Shown here in pieces: positions 25,767 through 36,499 of a stretch of 64,000 bases of DNA; position 1 is the stretch's first letter; every line of letters begins with the position of its first letter. The notes under the pieces were generated by a model. That model did no database searches and was not told the origin of the DNA. It saw only the letters and a program-made list of their open reading frames with translations. The translations under genes and the position numbers were made by a program. Origin of the DNA: Vairimorpha necatrix (taxonomy: Eukaryota); assembly GCA_036630325.1 (NCBI GenBank), contig CP142737.1, positions 806,001 through 870,000 on the forward strand, written 5' to 3'.

Positions 25767-28080
25767 TGGGGTATACCTCAAAAAACCTTTTATACTCGAG
25801 TTTAAAAACAATAAACAAATACAATAAATTTAAATTATTGTTTTTTATCTAAATAATACTAATTTTAATGTGATTTTTTTTTGTTTGTTTATATTTTTTA
25901 ATCATGGCATATCAATTATTAATCGTGATTCAATAAATACAAATAGTAGAGATAAACGCTTAAATATCTGAAATTTTTTTACTAATAGATTTTATGGGTT
26001 TATTTTTTTTAACAAAACGCAATCAATAGACATTAAAAATTTGAAAAAAATATATTAAAAGTTAAAATTTTATAATTAAAAATCTAAAAAAGGAGATTTT
26101 GTTTTATACATTAATCTTTTTAGTTTTTATATTTTTGTTTGTTTCGTAAACAAACGCAATCAATAAACATTAAAATTTGATAAGATTACATTAACTTTTA
26201 AATTTTTGATTTTTAAAAATCTAAGACGGAGTTTTTTGCTTTGAGTATAGTTTAATATTTTTTAAATTTTTGGTTTTAATGATATTAATAAAGAAAGTTT
26301 CTGCCTTTATTATTATTATTTATTAAGATATATCAAAGTTTAAAAGTTAATATTTAAAATATTGAAAATGTACTTCTGTTTTATATATCATTTATTAATT
26401 TTATAAAAATATAAAGAAATTCAATATGATAAGCCGTGTAATATTAAACTTGTGCAATGCATTCTCAGATGAAATATAAATATAAATATAAGTAAAACTG
26501 CTAAACAAGATATTAAGTGTAAATTTGCCAAAAACCTCTACATCTTACATATTATCTTGATGTTTTTACACATCATTGTTTATATCTAAATAAACAAAGA
26601 ACTTATTTACTTCACATTATTTTTATTATAAAAAGAATCGAAACTTATGTAAACCTTCTTTATAAAGTAATAATGTTTTATATTTTCAGTCAATTTACTA
26701 TATATATTAGATTGCTAATGTATTAACTAATATAATAAAACAACATATAAAGAACTCTTTTTCGAATTTTGTATTAAGATGCAAGACATGATACATATAA
26801 TATAATTTTGGGAAGGAAAAAGCTTCAGACAGTCAATATATGTATCAAAAAATTTTATTTGGTTTTTTTCCTACCAAAAAGCAAAATAAAATAAATTAAA
26901 TCTGTTGAAAATATTTATCTCTGATTTTCTCATTCATATTCATTTTTACTTCTAATTTTTTTTTCGTTTTATCATTGCAATATTTATCAATAAAAAATCA
27001 TATTTTAGCCAATTAATATTTTATGTTTTAAACGCAATAGTATAGTTAGTTTGTAAATATTGTAAGACTTTCAAACAGTTTGGCGATCATTATGAACTTT
27101 TAAATTTTAGAAAATGAAAATCATAAGATTCTCTATAAGTTTTAAGATAGGAAATCATCTTAGAGTGCGAAATTTACGCTGTTAAAAATGCTAGCAGGAA
27201 ATTAGACAGAGATCATATGATGACTTGATCAATATTAAGTTAAATGTTTAAAGTTCAGGTTTGAGCATTAAGCAAAATTACACTTAAATCAAGCTCATAT
27301 ATTTTGGCTTCTGAAAATATATATTTAGTTTGATATTGAAATTTGAAATGATAACATTGCTTGTTGTTGATGAATTATATGTATAGCAAATATAAATACT
27401 TAGAGTTTATTATATCAAAGATTATCAATTTTAGATAGAGGAACGAAAGACAAGGTGTGAAATGCATACAGTCTTATAATTTACTTGGAATTACATATAT
27501 TAAAGATTATCAATATTAGATAGAGAAGCGAAGGACCAGATGTGAAATGCCTACATGGCATTTATCCTCATATTAAAAATAATGAAATGAAGATACTTCG
27601 TCTAGAATAAACAAGTCCATGTCATTTCATAGTGCCTTGAGTATAATACGTGAAATGACTAACATATTTAAAATTACGACGCTGAAACGAAAAAGACCTT
27701 TGAATTAATTTTTTTTTGTGATTTTTATTGTAAATAATATCACCATAAATTTAATTCTTCTTCAAGCCTCTTCCCCGGGCGATAAATTAAATTTGACATT
27801 ACACCAAGTTAATATATAACACGTTATTTAAAAAATGGTCTCTACGTTCAATTATAGAATATAAAAATGTTAATTTTCATTTGTGACCTCCAGTGGTACT
27901 ACTTTTCATATTAATAAATGTAGATATTCCCTAATCATCTTTTTTTAAGATATAACACACTTGTATATGTCGCCTAATAAGAATAAATCTTAAATACGCA
28001 TACTTATTTTGTACATAACACACTTCTCTCACATATATTTACATACATTTTAACACATTTTTTATATTATAACTCACTTT

Positions 28081-28692
28081 TTATTTTAGTACTTTATCTT
28101 CTACCACTTTATAATATATACTTTCTCCCGCTGTTCTACTCTTCCTAGTTATTTCTATAACTTCTCCACTCTCAGCTCCATAAAACCTACACACAGGATC
28201 TTTCTTCAATATCTTAGGCATTTCTCCAATAGTCATTTTTTTTTCTTTCAACACGTTTCTAGTTTCTTCTTCACTCAGTATTCTATGTTTAGGCACACTT
28301 ACATGTTTAGTAATATTAAATAATAATTCTTCATCTTTAAATATTTCTATCTTTAAATCGCTTATATGTACAATATTCTGACTTGTAGCACTCATCTTCT
28401 GATTTATTACGATTATAAGATGTGTTATATTCATGTTCTTGTAGTAATCTATACATTTCTCGATAGCGCTTTTACCAATTTTGTCTTCGTCTATAAAATG
28501 AATGGCTACTAAAGTTTGGTTATTTTTGCAGACGAAGTTTATAGAAGAGACGTCTTTATCGCAATTTGGGAAAAGGGAAATGAAAGATGGATATGGGAGA
28601 GGGAGTTGGTCAGAAGTGTAACCCCTTTGAGAAATCATTTCTAGAAGAGTGTTTCTACATAACCAGAATTTTCTCTTTTTTTCTATAGACAT
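28081..28692 (-). CDS. RPB5: RNA polymerases I/II/III shared subunit RPB5
   Basis: EELLFNITKHVSVPKH, MPKILKKDPVCRFYG, EITRKSRTAG..YYKVV; CCCC upstream. Confidence 0.97.
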   Translation of the reverse strand: MSIEKKRKFWLCRNTLLEMISQRGYTSDQLPLPYPSFISLFPNCDKDVSSINFVCKNNQTLVAIHFIDEDKIGKSAIEKCIDYYKNMNITHLIIVINQKMSATSQNIVHISDLKIEIFKDEELLFNITKHVSVPKHRILSEEETRNVLKEKKMTIGEMPKILKKDPVCRFYGAESGEVIEITRKSRTAGESIYYKVVEDKVLK

Positions 28693-28851
28693 TCAAAAAA
28701 ATGGGGATTAAATAAAACATATTTTAATTCTATTAGTTATAGTTTATATTACAATATATCATATGTGTAATTATAACATATTCTACACATGTCTTTAATA
28801 CATTTGTATGCGTAATCACATTCTATTAACATTTACATCCCTTTTTTCCGT

Positions 28852-29595
28852 ATGGGCACTAGACAGTCAAAGATCAAGTCCCCTTACGATATCCTACAAG
28901 TCACACCATTCCATTCTCTCTCCCAAATCAAGTCTTCATATCTTACTCTCTTCAGATCTAACAAGTCCTCTGACTACAATGTAGCCTACCAGACCATACT
29001 AGACAGTCCTCCTCCTCTTCATCTCTATTCTGATCTCACTGACGATATTATAGACAAGATCAACCAGTTTGCTAAGACCAGTGTGCCTAAAATGAATGAG
29101 AATAGAGAAATGTGTAAGAGTCTAAGTAAATTGAGAGTGAAATATTTCAAGAATGATAAAGAGAAGAATGAATTCTATTATCATCTCAATCGACTACTTA
29201 AGAAGCATAAAAGTCTAAATAATGATGTTAGTACTAGTAATGTATGTGTCAATACTAATATTATTAGTAAGTTTTGTGGACCTCTGTTGAAATGTAGAGA
29301 TTGTAATAAAGATTTTAAGAGTCTCAATACACTCAGAGATCATTACAATAGTAAGAAGCACAAGGAGAAGAGTAAGGAGTCTCATATATTCCTTGTAGAA
29401 GAAATAAGACATGAAGTAGTAGTAGAAATCAAGACAGAGAAGAAGGAGACAGAGACAAGTGTCCCAGTAGAGAAGCCCTCGTCTGATTATAAATTAGACC
29501 ATTTAGTATTCCGCACATGTCACCATTGTAAGGGGGAATTTAAGACGAGGACAGAACTACTTCAACATTTGAGATCCAAACACAACAGAAACTAA
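28852..29595 (+). CDS. J-domain-like protein with two C2H2 zinc fingers (Jjj1/DNAJC21-like)
   Basis: SPYDILQV..SQIKSSY (J helices I-II). Fingers CRDCNKDFKSLNTLRDHYNSKKH and CHHCKGEFKTRTELLQHLRSKH. Confidence 0.8.
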   Translation: MGTRQSKIKSPYDILQVTPFHSLSQIKSSYLTLFRSNKSSDYNVAYQTILDSPPPLHLYSDLTDDIIDKINQFAKTSVPKMNENREMCKSLSKLRVKYFKNDKEKNEFYYHLNRLLKKHKSLNNDVSTSNVCVNTNIISKFCGPLLKCRDCNKDFKSLNTLRDHYNSKKHKEKSKESHIFLVEEIRHEVVVEIKTEKKETETSVPVEKPSSDYKLDHLVFRTCHHCKGEFKTRTELLQHLRSKHNRN

Positions 29596-29924
29596 TTAAA
29601 ATGAAAATTATATGTATTATATGATATGTATTATTATAGTTTAGTTCTACTCCTTGTACTTCTTGTTATTTTTTTTTACACTAATGCTGATTTTAGCCGA
29701 ATTTTATTCGTTTTATTTTTTTTTGTTTTCTCTCCTTTATGCTAATTCAAAATTTTATTTTTTTAAATATTAAAAAACTTTGTTTGTTTTATTTTATTTT
29801 TTTAAATATTTGACTTTGTTTGTTTTATTTTACTTAGATTTACACTAAATATTTGACTTAGATTTATTTGACTTTGTTTTTTGAGTTTATTTTTAGTTTT
29901 TTTTTACACCCTCCCTTTTAAATT

Positions 29925-30893
29925 ATGAAGAGTCTACATTTGATTATGTCTTTATCTGTTGTTATTCCTCTTCTTTCTTTTTACCAATCTCGTTCTTCTT
30001 CTTTCTTCTCTTTAGTCTCTCTTATTAATACTAGTCCTTTACTCCATCTCCTTCACAGTGTTCTTCTCTGTTCTCTTATTTATTCCCTCTCTCAATCTTT
30101 CATTTTATTTTTTTATAAAGATATCAGATCTCAAGAAGTTTCTATTATTAATGATAATATTTATCTCTTCTTGACTGACATTTTATTAGTCTTGACTTTA
30201 TTCAATAGAGATATTAATTATAGAAATTTAATCTTCTTCTTTTTAATCTTGTGTTTCAGGACTATTCAGTGGATTAATACTCTTAGATCTGATAATATTT
30301 ATTCTAATTCATTAGTGTCACTAATGAGTTTTTTACTTGCTTATTATTTCTTAGATAAGATTGATTTACATTTCTTGTTTAGTTTCGAGTTTGTTACTAT
30401 TTTTATATCAAGTATTAAGAATTTGTTTTATATTAAGATACAAGATAGAGATAATAAGTCTGTATATAAGTTTATATTAGAAATAGGTTATTTAGTATGT
30501 CTAGTGATAGTTTATTGTATATTCTTTTTGTTTTTAAGTTTTAAATATAAGATACCTTTAAATTTGTTTAGACCTGGTATTAATGTATTAGAGAAGCTTG
30601 TAATGAAAGTGAGGATGTTTTTAAGATATTTGAAGATTTGTAGAATGATAGATGAGATATCAGAGAGAGAAGAAGAAGGGGAGTGTATAATATGTCAAGA
30701 TGAGAAGCCTAGTAAGAAGTTGAGATGTGGACATGTATTCCATGGGGAGTGTGTTAAGCAGTGGTGTGAGAGACAACATTTCTGTCCGATTTGTAAAGTG
30801 GATTTAACTAGTGATATTAATTATGAAATTGTAGATGATGATATTACAGATGATATTGTAGAAGATGATATTGTAGAAATATTAGAAGAATAA
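29925..30893 (+). CDS. HRD1: ERAD E3 ubiquitin ligase, HRD1/synoviolin-like
   Basis: Several transmembrane segments, IPLNLFR, and a C-terminal RING-H2 (CIICQ..LRCGHVFHGECVKQWCERQHFCPICK). Confidence 0.88.
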   Translation: MKSLHLIMSLSVVIPLLSFYQSRSSSFFSLVSLINTSPLLHLLHSVLLCSLIYSLSQSFILFFYKDIRSQEVSIINDNIYLFLTDILLVLTLFNRDINYRNLIFFFLILCFRTIQWINTLRSDNIYSNSLVSLMSFLLAYYFLDKIDLHFLFSFEFVTIFISSIKNLFYIKIQDRDNKSVYKFILEIGYLVCLVIVYCIFFLFLSFKYKIPLNLFRPGINVLEKLVMKVRMFLRYLKICRMIDEISEREEEGECIICQDEKPSKKLRCGHVFHGECVKQWCERQHFCPICKVDLTSDINYEIVDDDITDDIVEDDIVEILEE

Positions 30894-31056
30894 ACTTAAT
30901 ATAAAATATATTATTAAATATGTAATATATTATATATATAGTATAATATTTATATATAGTATAATATTTATATTAGTGTAGTATAATTAAATATGTAATA
31001 TATTATATATATAGTATTTTATTTTATTCTATACTGTTTATTATACCCCAGTTTAT

Positions 31057-31290
31057 ATGTTTAATACTCTGAGTAAACTAAATGGTCATTTTCTAGATAA
31101 GATGTATAGTTCATTTCTTAGAGTCATGGACTTAAAAGAAGCCCGCCTTGTCTTGGAAGTTTCTAAAGGAGACTCAGTACACAAGAAATATAAAGAATTA
31201 ATGAGGATAAATCACCCAGACACAGGTGGGTCATCTTACATAACAAGTAAGATCAATGAAGCATACAAACTTCTAAAAAATAGTAACTAG
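31057..31290 (+). CDS. PAM18: Mitosomal import motor J-protein Pam18/Tim14 (77 aa)
   Basis: MDLKEARLVL...LMRINHPDTGGSSYITSKINEAY; CCCC upstream. Confidence 0.92.
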   Translation: MFNTLSKLNGHFLDKMYSSFLRVMDLKEARLVLEVSKGDSVHKKYKELMRINHPDTGGSSYITSKINEAYKLLKNSN

Positions 31291-31526
31291 TCTTTATTTC
31301 ACTATGTAGTAGAGATATATGGAATATCCTAGTCCTACTAATATTACTGTGTAGATAATGTGCATCTTCATGATCTGAGACTCCTTTTCTTTTTATTTAC
31401 ATTTTCATCTACCAATAAGAATTTGTTTGTCAGATTCGGCATCAAAAAAATATCCGCATAAACTAGCATTAAATTTGATGTATTATATTAAATTTGATGT
31501 ATTATATTTTCCCCCTTCTTTTTTAG

Positions 31527-31913
31527 ATGAGTTCTTGTGTTTTCTGTTCTTTGATTGGTTCTTCTAGTGTCCTCTATGAGTCCCCTCATTCCTTCGTCCT
31601 CCTGGATAGATTTCCTCTCTCCAGTGGTCATCTTCTTGTCATCCCCAAAGTGCATCATCCTTCTCTCCATGAGTATGAAGATCATGAAGTCTCTGATATT
31701 CTGTCTGTGTGTATTAAGATGGTGAAGAAGTATAAGTTTAAGAAGTATAATATTCTCCAGAATACAGGGAATTATCAGAGTGTCTTCCATGTGCATTTTC
31801 ATGTAGTCCCGTGTCATGAGACAGAGAGGCTTAAGATTGAGTGGAGTAGTAAGAAGATGACAGATGCAGAATATTCTGAGTACCATCAACAATATCAACA
31901 ATGTCAACAATAA
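31527..31913 (+). CDS. HNT1: HIT family nucleotide hydrolase (Hint/Hnt1)
   Basis: CVFC, FPLSSGHLLVIPK.H, and the histidine triad QSVFHVHFHVVP; CCCCC upstream. Confidence 0.93.
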   Translation: MSSCVFCSLIGSSSVLYESPHSFVLLDRFPLSSGHLLVIPKVHHPSLHEYEDHEVSDILSVCIKMVKKYKFKKYNILQNTGNYQSVFHVHFHVVPCHETERLKIEWSSKKMTDAEYSEYHQQYQQCQQ

Positions 31914-31990
31914 ATAAAATAATATATATTAAATATATATTAAATATGTTTAATTAATATATAACTGTCTTGATCTTATTTACCCTTCTT

Positions 31991-32260
31991 ATGTCCTTCT
32001 TAATTGTTAATGACTTGTCTCTTTCTGTCTCTGATCAAGATCATACACTTATAAATCCCCTGAAGCACATGATCTCCGCCTACAGCCCAGACTTGGACTT
32101 CTGTGGCTACACGATAGCCCACCCCAGTGAGAAGAGAGTGAACATAGTAGTCCAGTATAAAGAAGAAGAGAAGCAGACAGTAGAGAATGTAATAAAGAAG
32201 ATAGAAGAAGGAATAGATAATTTACAAGGAGTCATACAGACCATATACAATAAACTCTAA
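31991..32260 (+). CDS. RPC19: RNA polymerase I/III subunit AC19 (RPAC2; RPB11-like family)
   Basis: DQDHTLINPLK...DFCGYTIAHPSE. The ATG at 31991 follows TACCCTTCTT. Confidence 0.88.
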   Translation: MSFLIVNDLSLSVSDQDHTLINPLKHMISAYSPDLDFCGYTIAHPSEKRVNIVVQYKEEEKQTVENVIKKIEEGIDNLQGVIQTIYNKL

Positions 32261-32384
32261 AATATATAAACAATATTAATATAATATTAATTTAATACAA
32301 TACAATATATATAAACAATACATTATTACAAATATATTTTATATTACAACTTATATTACAAATATAATACATTATTATTTTAAG

Positions 32385-32903
32385 TTAAACTTTATTCTTC
32401 TTAAATAAATTAGTGTAAAACTCTAACTTACTCCCTTGTAATATCTCCCCTTCTGCTTTCCCTACTTGTCCCGGCCTACTATTTATTACTGCATAGAGAT
32501 ACCCTTTCTCATACATTTCTTTAAGATCTTCTTCATCTTGGATCTTTATTCCTTCACTACTTATCTTCACCACACTGCTCTTAGTAATAGTATTAGTCCT
32601 TACATAATCATTATTAGTAGGATGATACATAACTTCAATAATCTTAGAAGAATTTATAATATTCCCAGATTTATAAAGAAACTCCCCTTCATTGAGTCTG
32701 AGAGCTTTATACTTCTTATTCCCGCCTCTGGCCCTTTTCTCTACTACTTTAGTAGAGCCGACTTTAGTGGCAGCCATCTGGCTGCCCCTTCTATTATTAC
32801 GCTTCTTCCTGTGGAGGACAGATTTACCACCAGATTTCTTCCTTTTGTGTTCTCCTCTGTGATTTATTCCTAAGAAAATTATCAAAAGATTTCACTTACC
32901 CAT
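32385..32903 (-). CDS. RPS8: 40S ribosomal protein S8 (eS8), two exons: 32903-32900 and 32869-32385
   Basis: The spliced start reads [17 protein letters not shown]. Also [14 protein letters not shown] and [20 protein letters not shown] upstream. Confidence 0.96.
32870..32899 (-). other. 30-nt spliceosomal intron in RPS8
   Basis: GTAAGTgaaatcttttgaTAATtttcttAG directly after ATGG. Removing it gives the conserved MGI start in frame. Confidence 0.92.
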
Positions 32904-33044
32904 TTGTGGGGTAAAAAAAAGAGAGAAATATAAAAAAAAAATATTTGATGTAAAATGTATTTGATATAATAGGTAAAATTTATATATTTGATATAATACT
33001 ATATATTATAAGATGTTTTATTATATAAAAAAGTATAAAATTTT

Positions 33045-33116
33045 GGGCGATACCGGGATTTGAACCCGGGACCTCCTGCACCCTAAGCAGACATCATACC
33101 ACTAGACTATATCACC
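33045..33116 (-). tRNA. tRNA-Pro (AGG)
   Basis: Reverse complement ggtgatatagtctagtggtatgatgtctgcttAGGgtgcaggaggtcccgggttcaaatcccggtatcgccc folds as a cloverleaf. Confidence 0.95.
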
Positions 33117-33221
33117 TCATGAAACAAAAAGATATCTAAAATATATCTATATAATATATGTATACTACTATTATATTTATATAAAATAACTTAATTATAT
33201 TACATAACTTATTTAATAAGT

Positions 33222-35126
33222 TTATTGGGGATTATCAAATAATGTTGTCTCATCTGATATACTATCTTCTAATAATAAATTCCTTGTCACACTCTGGAAT
33301 CTTTTATACTCAATATTGGGAACAGGGAGAATCTTCTTCTTCTCTTCTAAACATACCAATCTACCACCAGTAACAGTCAAGGGATATTTAACCCCTTGTA
33401 AAATATTATAACTTAATTTCTTATATAATATAAATATATCTTCATCAATCTTATAATACACTACATCTTCATAAAAAGTCGCCCATTGGACTCTACCCGG
33501 TAAATATACCACTTCTTTATCTACTATATCAAATATACCAGTATATTTGATAATATGTAAATTATTAGAAAATATAAATAAATATTCATTATTATCTGAA
33601 CATATATAAGAAACATCACTAATATAAAAATTAAATATCTCGTCACCTTTATAATTATAAATTCTTATAAACTTATCATAAATTATAACTAACTTATCTG
33701 TTATATCTACAATAATATCTCCTGATATTGGTTTTGACCACTTAAAAGTGCCATGGAAAAATATGGATTTATTATTGTAAATTAAGATGGTAGAATTGAG
33801 GAATTTGCCCATGTGGCAATTATTAAAATCATTGAATTCTATATTTTGAAGAGATCTGTCGTGAAATCGCAACTCGATTTTGTTGTAATCGGGAGCAGAG
33901 ATTGATAGGAGATAACCTACGTTAGAATAGAAAAAAAGGGTGTCTGGGGGATTAGAAATGGGGAAAATTGAAATATAAGGAATTGAGTCAGTGTATTCTT
34001 CTGATTCGTCACTTAAGAGTGTTTTTCTGTATAAAAGTTTGTGATTATTTTTATCTGACTTATTAATATCGTAGATATTATTTTTAGTTTTATCGTATTT
34101 ATTATTATCTGTATTATTATTGTTAAATAAATTTTTTAAATTTTTTTCTGTACTATTTTTATCAGACTTATTATTAATATTTAGATTTCTATCGGAGTTA
34201 ATTTTCTTTTTAGGCTTCTTCACCTCTTCTAATTCATCCTCGTAGTATTCATCATCATATTCGTCGTAGTAATTTTCATCATTAAAATTATATTCCTCAT
34301 CTTCTGTAATTTTAACTATTCTATTTTGTATTTTATTTTCTTCAAAAACTACATTCTCCATTTCTTCATACTCATCCATTAAAACATTCTCTATTTTCTC
34401 TTTACTTTTTTCATAAAACCCAACTATCCAATTATTTTTTTCATCATATAAAAAATCAATATAACTTTTTTCTATACTACGTATCTCTCGTTTATTATTA
34501 AAATCATAAACAATTATACTATCATACAACATTATAAACAATACACCACCATTATTAGTAAACTGATACTTTAATATTTTAGTATTTGTTTGTAAATACG
34601 AACTTAACGAATTATGTGTTAAACAATATAAAAAATTCTTTTCTGAGATGAAAATGTAATATTTATATACGAAAATCGGGTTAATAAGATCATAAACTAT
34701 TTTTGACGGGTAACTTGTTACTTTACCAGACATGTCGCTTATTAATATTTGCTCGCCGTTACTAATAAGATTGAGAATAGGTAGAGTATGAGAAAAAGAT
34801 TTGAAAATTGATAAATTAGAAGAATATTTAAATTTTATGATTGTGCCGTCAGTGTACCCGCAATAAATAAAATTATCGAGGACGAAAAGAGAAGAGAGAA
34901 CATTTTTAGAAGAATGTAAGATATGTTGAGAAAAAGAATTTAGACAGAGTTTTATAAGGGAACCATTTTGATTACCGAAGAGTAAAGTAGAAGGATTTAA
35001 AAGGGAGAAACAAGTGACAGTTGGAGATCTGATGACATGGGACTCTTTAAGAGAAGAAGAGTTTAAGAATTGGAGTTTGGAATCAGTGAGTTTTATGATA
35101 AAAAGATCAGTGTATAAGACTTTCAT
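33222..35126 (-). CDS. CTF4: Ctf4/AND-1-like WD40 replisome adaptor
   Basis: N-terminal WD40-like repeats, an acidic/Asn-rich linker, and a SepB-like region (YSNVGYL..KIELRFHD); CCC upstream. Confidence 0.72.
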   Translation of the reverse strand: MKVLYTDLFIIKLTDSKLQFLNSSSLKESHVIRSPTVTCFSLLNPSTLLFGNQNGSLIKLCLNSFSQHILHSSKNVLSSLFVLDNFIYCGYTDGTIIKFKYSSNLSIFKSFSHTLPILNLISNGEQILISDMSGKVTSYPSKIVYDLINPIFVYKYYIFISEKNFLYCLTHNSLSSYLQTNTKILKYQFTNNGGVLFIMLYDSIIVYDFNNKREIRSIEKSYIDFLYDEKNNWIVGFYEKSKEKIENVLMDEYEEMENVVFEENKIQNRIVKITEDEEYNFNDENYYDEYDDEYYEDELEEVKKPKKKINSDRNLNINNKSDKNSTEKNLKNLFNNNNTDNNKYDKTKNNIYDINKSDKNNHKLLYRKTLLSDESEEYTDSIPYISIFPISNPPDTLFFYSNVGYLLSISAPDYNKIELRFHDRSLQNIEFNDFNNCHMGKFLNSTILIYNNKSIFFHGTFKWSKPISGDIIVDITDKLVIIYDKFIRIYNYKGDEIFNFYISDVSYICSDNNEYLFIFSNNLHIIKYTGIFDIVDKEVVYLPGRVQWATFYEDVVYYKIDEDIFILYKKLSYNILQGVKYPLTVTGGRLVCLEEKKKILPVPNIEYKRFQSVTRNLLLEDSISDETTLFDNPQ

Positions 35127-35169
35127 TTAGAGGGTAAGAAAATATGACTAGTGAGAATCATAAGTGAAG

Positions 35170-35325
35170 TTTGTTAATTTGTTTAAATGTAAAACTTGTT
35201 ATTTTGTTTAAAAGTAAAACTTGTTTTTTTGTTTAAAAGCAAAACTTGTTAATTTGTTTAAATGTAAAGTTAAAAGTAAAGTGTGTTAATTAGTTTAAAA
35301 GTAAAGTGTGTTATTTTGTTTATTT
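35170..35325. repeat. Degenerate ~23-bp tandem repeat upstream of CTF4
   Basis: Units like ttgtttaaa(t/a)gtaaaacttgtta repeated about 6 times. Confidence 0.7.
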
Positions 35326-35490
35326 TTTTAACTATTGGGAAAACAAGAATCAAGTATATTTTTTTTGTCAAAGTATTGTAAAATGGACAAATTTCTAATA
35401 GTAAGTTTCATTAGTTAAATGTTTACCAATTAGTTGATTTGTCTGATTATTGGTCATGATATTATTTTCAGTAATAACTTCCTGTTTCTT

Positions 35491-35724
35491 ATGAAACAAC
35501 TCAGAAAATTATCAGTACGTCAAGTACAAAAAAGAACTAAACAAGAACATAGACGAGAAGTGTACAACATTGTAAGAAATAATAAGAAATATATTGAAGA
35601 TCCCAATTATGAATATTTTATAAATGAATTATTAAAAGGACTACTTGAAGATGTAGAATATAAAACAGTAAATGAAGTAGTAAAAAGTTTACAGAAGATA
35701 AAACAAAAGAATAAGAAAATGTAA
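35491..35724 (+). CDS. Hypothetical small basic protein (77 aa)
   Basis: ATG at 35491 within ORF 35434-35724, coding-like composition. The stop codon abuts tRNA-Phe; upstream CC motif is weak. Confidence 0.5.
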   Translation: MKQLRKLSVRQVQKRTKQEHRREVYNIVRNNKKYIEDPNYEYFINELLKGLLEDVEYKTVNEVVKSLQKIKQKNKKM

Positions 35725-35796
35725 GGGAGATTAGCTCAGTGGGAGAGCATTAGACTGAAGATCTAAGGGTCCCGGGTTCAATCCCCGGATCTCCCA
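35725..35796 (+). tRNA. tRNA-Phe (GAA)
   Basis: gggagattagctcagtgggagagcattagactGAAgatctaagggtcccgggttcaatccccggatctccca folds as a cloverleaf. Confidence 0.96.
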
Positions 35797-36499
35797 AATA
35801 TTTTTATATTTTTTTAGGAGAAAAATGTTTTTGTAATTGTAAGTAAAAAGCAACTAAGTACAATAAAATTGGTATTGGAATATTTCGATCATCTTGTAGT
35901 AATTTATCAATATAATTAGATTTTATAAATATAAAATTGTACCTTTCAATTAAAAAAACATCTAGAGATTTTTAATGTGCAAACTCGTATAACAATATTT
36001 AAAACATCTAAACTTTTCTGCGTTTTTTATAAGCTTCAATAAATTAATTTAATAAATTAATTCAATAATTAATTCAATAATTTAATATTGTGATATCTAA
36101 GCATATGTCAGAACTTTTTGACTTGGTCCTGGAAAATTTAATTTCTCAAAAAAAAATAGACGATGAAGATTTATATAAACGAAATATTTACTTTTAATAA
36201 AGTTGAACCATTAAAATAATATAAAATTAGGCTTTAATATAATGTATAATTCAAAAGTCAGAAGTGATATTTTTTAAAAAAAATATAGATAATATGAAAA
36301 TACAAATTTATCATGGATCATCTTTGAAATAATAAATGAGAAAAGAATTATTTAAAGGTCACGTTATCTGCGTCCAGTCTAATTACTTAAAAGTTATGGC
36401 TGTGCCACCAAATGTTTTTATCTCCGCAAGGCAGATAGAACAACTCGTATACTTAAAATAGTAACGAAAAATATAAAATCGACTTCATAGAACCTATAA

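Noticed and set aside
30895-31025. TA-rich direct and inverted repeats between core genes
   Set aside because: Low-complexity spacer DNA in which such repeats are expected by chance or slippage.
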